This document shows, piece after piece, positions 56,902 to 64,000 of a stretch of 64,000 nt of DNA. A model generated the notes under the pieces. That model had not been told where the DNA came from. It made no database searches and worked only from the letters and a program-made list of their open reading frames with translations. Source of the DNA: Eledone cirrhosa (lineage: Eukaryota); assembly GCA_964016885.1 (NCBI GenBank), contig OZ024741.1, forward strand, positions 365,056,001 through 365,120,000, given 5' to 3'. The stretch's first letter is position 1. Each line of letters opens with the position of its first letter. A program made the translations under genes and the position numbers.

Positions 56902-57731
56902 GTGTATATATACATATGTATATATGTATGTATGTATATATATATATATATATATGGGTGTATGTATGTGCGCATATGTGCGTGTGCATCGGTATAACGT
57001 ATGGCTTCGCAACAAGTTGCTTTGCAATCTATTTTTCGTTTTATCTGTATGGCAGTATATCACTATCAGAGTAAATTGAATTGAATTGATTTGAACTGAA
57101 TGTGCAAAGCTTCGGTTTTCTCATTAGAATACACATATACATCTCAATCCTGTACAACAAAACTGTTAAAGAAATTACAATAGAAGAACAGAGTTTCGGA
57201 TTCTGAAAGATATTGAAAGAATCACATAAATAGACGAACAAAACATCCTACTCAAGTAGATGATATTTATGAATATTAAAAAAAATAAACATTTATTGTA
57301 TAAGAATCTACACTCTTAAAAGTCTTTCAAACCACTAGACCATTGTAATTTTGTATATGTATCATTCGTCTTCTTTTCTATTACTGACTGATATAATACT
57401 TTTTGCTTTCCTCAGTTTGCCGCTACAACCAAGCTCCATTAATATAAACACACTTGATGCAGCTTTCATTTCCATTTTTTGCTGTATTCCAGTCTGCAAA
57501 ATCAACATTTTTTTAAAGATATATTTCCCAGTGTGTCCTTTCAGGAAATGATTCTCTTTAGAATTACTTCTGAAATCATTCGCTTATTTATTTACAAAAT
57601 GTACAAAATTCTGTCAAAATTTATTTAAACCCAAGGCAGGCAATTTTTATATACAAAATTCGATATGACTTTATGGTTAGGAATGGAGAACTATTCAAGG
57701 ATTCCATTCTATTCTGCCGTTCCTTTATTAT

Positions 57732-58105
57732 GGTGGATTGGCAGTATCGGTAGAGGGTCGGACACCATGCTTTGACGCACCGAGTTACGGCCCTCGCCAT
57801 TCTGAGTTCAAATCCCGCAGAGGTTAACTTTGCCTTTCATCCTTACGGGGTCGATAAAATAAAGTACCAGTAATGTACTGGGTGATTTCTGGTCTTGTGC
57901 CAAAAGTAGAAATAATTATATTTGGTAGTATCAGTGGAGCGTCGGACGCCATGCTTTGCAGCATAGAATTACGCCCCTTTATGGTCTGAGTTTAATTCCC
58001 GCCGAGGTTAACTTTGCCTTTCATCCTTATGGGGTTATTGAAATAAAGCACCAGTAATGAACTGGAATAATTGCTGGCCTTGTGCCAAAAGTAGAAACAA
58101 TTATT
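57732..58105 (+). mobile_element. Two tandem OK-like SINEs
   Basis: Full head and core twice; further 3' fragments at 52463-52535(-), 53335-53445(-) and 59790-59940(-). Confidence 0.85.
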
Positions 58106-59324
58106 TTACTTCTTTCAGTCATTAGAAGGTGGCTATGCAGGGGCATATCCTTAATTTAGTCGATTATATTGGTAGCAGTATTTATTTCTTAAAGTCTGGT
58201 ATCTATTTTATCTTTACATTTTGTCGACCAGATAAGTTAGGGGACATAAGCTCAAGATGCAAACCTAAACACAGACAACAAATGAACACACGTATATATA
58301 TATATATATATATACGTAGGTGCTCTCTCTCACACACACACATACGTACACACACACCCGCACATACGCACATACACACACAGAAATACACACAGACACA
58401 CACATATGTGTCCGTATATGCCTTCGTTTATGTCCCAAAACATATCGTCCACAGAAAGCGATCGATAAAATAAGTGCTCGACTTCAAAAAACAATGCTGT
58501 CGTCGATATGATAGACTAACATCTTTAAAGGTGACACCAAGTATATTAAAAATATAAGTTTATCTATATAATACTAAAACTCTGTGATTGCTTGCTTGTC
58601 TGAATGTAATACAGCCAAAAGGGCGCATAATGGGAAAATAGTTTGAAAGGACGTTGAAATGGGAATACAAATGGAATAAAACAAGTTTCGCGTAAATTGG
58701 AGCACGGGTTCGCGAGATATGGGGTGCCTTCATAAACAAAGAAAAAGAAAGATATAGAGGAAGAGATAGTGGTTGTGACAGAGTAGATTGAAAGAGAGAC
58801 ATAGAGAGAGGGAGAGGAGACAGAGAAGGAAAATGGAAGAGAGCTGGTGGTGGTGTTGTATATATATATATGTGAGTGTGTGTGTATATACATATATATG
58901 GCATCAGCCATTCACTCACACGAGGCCCCCTTTTCAGGCGGAATGCGCTCCTCTCGACTTTATGGAGGTCAATGTCAAAGGTCTCAACGCCTGATGGAGG
59001 ATAAGGAAGTGGATGATCAAACCTATGTATTTGGTTGTTTTTCGTTCCTATGCATTGCCAAGTTTATTTAGGTTTGATCAATTATACCTAGCGATGGAAA
59101 AGTACAGCAATATAACCCTTTATACAATGTATATAGAATTTTATGATTACATAAGCGTGTAGCGTTTACTTGGCCATGATACAGTCGGTCCAAGCATATC
59201 ATCAATATTTTCAAACGGGATAAAATACATGATTCGCCACTTGGATTTGGACTTAGCACGGAGTGATAAAAAAACGTGTATTGTATGCGGTTAGTTTTGG
59301 CGTTCTACTGCTACACAGTAATAT

Positions 59325-59405
59325 ATACAGGGTATCTCTCCCAAATGTACACAGATATTATTAGAATGCTGTTGAAGTGTGTATATATTTTTGGGACACC
59401 CTATA
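59325..59405. mobile_element. Tc1/mariner-type MITE (relative of 5590-5697)
   Basis: TA-CAGGGT..CCCAAA...TTTGGGACACCCT-ATA; shared internal TTATTAGAATGCTG.TGAAGT. Confidence 0.55.
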
Positions 59406-59947
59406 TATGCAATGTATGGTACACATAACCAGATGATACAGGTACCATCAACCAATTTTCTGACCAGACCAATAAAAGTATTTGAACCCATCACTACCGA
59501 AAGCCAATGAAACCGTTTTTAACTTTCAGTACTGATGTTGCTTACATCAATAAACTATGCCATATTCTCATTCCGTCCCTATTTACAGGAGTTTAATCTC
59601 TTGCTTTTTGTTATCTAATTTGGACAGATGCACTTCATTTGTAATGGTAGCTGCTGTTATCTAACAACGGCCCACATCTGTGCATCTGTCATCTGGCTCC
59701 CTATGTGGTTGCATCACAGGAGATTTCCTGGGCTGTTTGATGTTAGAGGCTCCAGTCCTATCATGTCACTAGTCTTCCGGTGAGAGAAGGTGAGATTTTA
59801 ACTCGAAAAGCACAGAGCCAGAATAGATGCTACAAGGCACCCCCATTCTCCAAATTCCCTGTTCTAGATTGGTACTTTATTTATCGATGCCGAAAGCGTG
59901 AAAGAGAATGTTCACCGCGACAGGATTTGAACTCAGCGTGCAAAGAT

Positions 59948-59986
59948 TAGTAGTAGTGATAATAATCATAATAGTTATAGTAGTTA

Positions 59987-60050
<64 letters not shown>

Positions 60051-60167
60051 TGTTGTTGTTGGGATAACAATCATAATTGTAATAGCAGCAGTAGTAGCAG
60101 CAGTATTACTAGTAGTGATAATAATCATAATAGTAGCAGCAGCAGCAGCAGCAGCAGCAGTAGCAGC

Positions 60168-60220
<53 letters not shown>

Positions 60221-60230
60221 CAGTAGTAAT
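59948..60230. repeat. (TAG)n/(CAG)n trinucleotide repeat
   Basis: Visible directly. Confidence 0.95.
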
Positions 60231-61532
60231 GTTTCAACCAAGCCCCTGGGAAGTGAAGCATTGATGAGTCTTTGATTTCATCAGTTTTTTTCTATCTAAT
60301 GGCTATTTTACAGTAATGAGTCTCTACTTCTATTGCAAAGATTCTGAAGCAATATCGCAAGACGTCTACTACAACACTCTAAACGACTTTTTCCAATTGG
60401 TTGCTTATATTTAATGGTAACACCTAAATTGATTTAATTTCGACTGTGGGATATTATGTAAACCTTGCCACGTTACAGCTATTATTCGTCTATATTAACC
60501 AGATTCATTAGGCGGACACTTTTAGCATTTGAACCAAGAACTATAATTCACAGGTCACTTGATCAATTATTCAGTCTAGCCCAATGATTTACAGCCACGT
60601 TGTCGACTACATTCTATTGGAAATGAAGCCATCTTATAAACCTCAGAAATAACTTTCAACTAAGAAATCACTGTAATTGTATATGTAGTAGCTGAAGTTG
60701 TACGAAAATTGTACACAAGACACTACTAAATATCTGAATAATTGATTCACGCAGAAGACTGCATTTTAAAAATGATGTATAAGTTAATATGCTTCAGTCA
60801 ATTTAAATTGGAAACATCTGCCAAGACGCTTTGAGAAAACACACGAAAATGAAATGGTCTTCCGTCGGATTCAACGATGAATGTTTCTGTTTTTTTTATC
60901 ATCGGAAAGCTTGCTGAGGAAAGTAATGCGTCACTAAATGAGCATTCCTCAGGGCGATTCAACGTGGTACACTGCTAAGTTAGGTCCCTTGAACTAAAGA
61001 TGCAGTTCATCCGACAGGCTTCCAAACTGTTTCCGACTACCAAATGTTACATGCATCCCGAAGCTATGGTTAATTATGCTTGCTCAAGATTCCATGCACT
61101 GGAATTGAATTCGAGACCCTATGAATACAAAGCAAACGCTTATGATATGCTGCATCCATCGAGAAAATTTAAGGGCACATACGAACACAAACGTAAATAC
61201 GCATATATATAAAAGCACATACGAACACACAAACGCAAGGATCTATATATATATAAGAGTAGTCATGTGTGTTTCCTACGTAGTTTGCTTTGCAAACACG
61301 TGGTTTCGGATTTACTCTCAGTGACTCACACCTTGGGGAAGTGTCTTTTATCATACCACACTTCAGGTGTAAGTGAAACTTGGTCGACGGAAACTGCAAA
61401 AGTCCTTTATATATATATATGTATGTATTTTTCCTTTCCTTCTTCCTTTTCCAGCCTCACTTTCATATAGATTATATTTTTGTTTTTAAAATCCAATGCC
61501 AATAAATACACCAGGATTTTTTACGCACACTT

Positions 61533-61672
<140 letters not shown>

Positions 61673-62261
61673 ATATAAAGTGTGCGTATGTGTGCACATG
61701 GTGTGCGTAAATGTTCATCATTGTACATTTACGTTTGGTGCTGTCTGTCGTTATAGCTCCTAACCTAGCAGTTCAACAAAAACAGATCGGTGAAATAAGA
61801 ACTGAAGTTGAGTTATAGCGATTAACTTCCTTTAAGATGGCGCCCCTACCATGGACGCGTTCTAATTATACAAATCAGTAACAGAGTAAAATACTGAAAT
61901 AATATAAAAGTGCATATGAACGCACACACGTAGTCTGGTACAGATGTATTGATACATACAAACTCAACTACAAACACATATATGTATAGATTTTAAGAAA
62001 AATGAAAGTAGAATATATAAGATCGGCCATATATCGGGGCTAATCATATGAAATACTGGTAGTTGTTAAATAATAAAATATTCATTGAGAATTTCAATTG
62101 TTTATCTTAGTGCTAGATACTTTTTACGGAGATTCATGAATCGGGCAAGGATATCCAGCGTTTAGAGAAATCAGAATTGTTTAAGGGCTGGAATGGTCCT
62201 TCGTCGTTTTTGATGATGAATGTTCTCGTTTCTCGAACAATGTGCGATTGAAAAGAAGAGA

Positions 62262-62450
62262 TAATTGTTTCTACTTTTGGCACAAGGCCAGCAATTACCC
62301 AGTACATTACTGGTACTTTATTTTATCGACCCCGTAAGGATGAAAGGCAAAGTTAACCTCGGCGGGATTTGAACTCAGAATGGCAAGGGCCGTAACTCTA
62401 TGCGTCAAAGCATGGCGTCCGACCCTCTACCGACGCTGCCAATCCACCGG
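62262..62450 (-). mobile_element. OK-like SINE, near consensus
   Basis: Reverse complement of 30723-30915. Confidence 0.9.
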
Positions 62451-62454
62451 AGAT

Positions 62455-62573
<119 letters not shown>

Positions 62574-62579
62574 AATGTA

Positions 62580-63160
62580 TGTATAGTATATTTGGCAATA
62601 CACCGTATGTTTAATTAAAAACATTTAGAAAACCATTCACTATGAGTTTTAAAGTAGTGACTATGTAACTTATTTTCGGCAAAAACAAAGGGAGAGAAGC
62701 TGACACACTGTTTCTCGCTTGTTGGCGTTTATCAAAACCACAGACTCCCCTTCCTTTGCCGAAAATTATAGAAGGTGGATCCTTATAGAATTGCAGTAAT
62801 ATTTAAGACCTGATTAAACAGAGCAGTTGCCGGTCCAGCAAAAATTAGATATTAGTATTGGTGCTCTGAAATAGGGAGGTATACATGAATGTATTTGGCA
62901 ATATACCATATTTTGGGTTAGAAATATTTAGAAGACCATTCGCTATGAGTTTTAAAGTAGTGACTATGTCACTTAATTAGGGTCGGACTGTCAATTAGTC
63001 TCCCTTTGTTTTTGCCGAAAATAAGTAAGTGACATAGTCACTATTTTAACACTCACAATCAATGGTCTTCTAAATGTTTTTAATTAAACATACGGTATAT
63101 TGCCAGATATACTCTACATATATTCATGTATACATCGCTATTTCAGAGCACCAATACTAA
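62580..63160. mobile_element. Retrozyme-like element: ~1.3 tandem copies of a ~303-nt unit (minus) joined to an inverted 3' segment (plus)
   Basis: TATTTGGCAATA..TTTTAAAGTAGTGACTATG at ~62590 and ~62893; inverted at 63001-63160; minus-strand HHR ggtt-TTGATAA-a-cgc-caacaa-gcg-a-GAAAC-agtgt-GTC-agct at 62698-62739. Confidence 0.8.
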
Positions 63161-63347
63161 TATATATATATATCATCCCTCACTCTCAAGCGTGAACCTA
63201 ATACAAACACTGTTCTTAACTGCACTCCTTGTTTTTGTTTTGTTATTTGCCAATATATATATATATATATATATAGTAAAAGGGCGAAAGCAGCGATTCG
63301 TTGCTTAAACTTTAATCTGTTATTTTAATAAAGAAATATATATATAT

Positions 63348-63747
63348 ACTATAAATTATGTCCTTAGAATCAATTGATAAGATATATACTCAATTTCCTC
63401 TCCCAATTATCATAATCAACCACACAAAAAAACAATTAAACCAGGATATAAGATTAAAAAGCACCTGTGAAGAAATAATAGATAAATATATATCTTATCA
63501 ATTGATTCTAAGGACATAATTTATAGTATATTTCTCTGATTATTTAATTTATTAATTCATCCTTGAGCCACATCGTGAATGGTTGCCAAAATCATATCTA
63601 TAAATTTGTCTAGTTTGTGTATATGTAAATCTTTATATTTTATATATCACCCGGAGATTTACCCATTTGCATTGTCGAGGCTTCCAAACGACTTAAAGAT
63701 ATTTACTGATTGTTCCACAATGCTTCAAGCAAACTTCAATACTCTCT

Positions 63748-63750
<3 letters not shown>
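63348..63750. mobile_element. Foldback relative of 39728-40472
   Basis: Arms 63348-63390/63487-63530; 63530-63640 is the reverse complement of ~40285-40420. Confidence 0.75.
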
Positions 63751-63796
<46 letters not shown>

Positions 63797-64000
63797 ATAT
63801 ATATATATCTTTTACATATATTTATATATACATATGGGGGACGGCATTATCCGGAATGACGTGTTACATTTTAAAGTTGGCAGGGAGAATCGATGGAAAC
63901 TTAAGTATGGTTATTTCTAACATGTCAAGAGACAATAAGACATGGAAATACCAGCCCTTTTGCGCACTCCTTGTTGTCGTGACAATAAAAAAAGTGTTAC

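Overview
AT-rich, microsatellite-dense eukaryotic DNA. The SINE families resemble octopod cephalopod SINEs (recognised from memory, not searched). Almost every ORF in the supplied track is a translated microsatellite. The real content is: (1) several decayed Penelope-like elements (PLEs; RT plus GIY-YIG endonuclease); (2) roughly 25 short non-coding elements sitting inside (TA)n runs, many carrying a type I hammerhead ribozyme (HHR) fold and sharing one architecture, (TA)n - inverted arm - sense arm - unique 3' tail - (TA)n, and some being permuted/tandem 300-850 nt units like retrozymes; (3) about 20 HHR folds read by eye, including U3:A8 compensatory cores, cores with a 1-nt insertion, mismatched 10.1-11.1 pairs and long structured helix II insertions; (4) a separate (TATG)n-embedded non-coding family with a conserved structured leader; (5) RTE and CRE LINE remnants, Helitrons, MITEs and many tRNA-derived SINEs; (6) two phase-compatible candidate host exons on the minus strand (31671-31628, 30481-30405). 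All coordinates and base pairings were read manually and may be off by a few bases.
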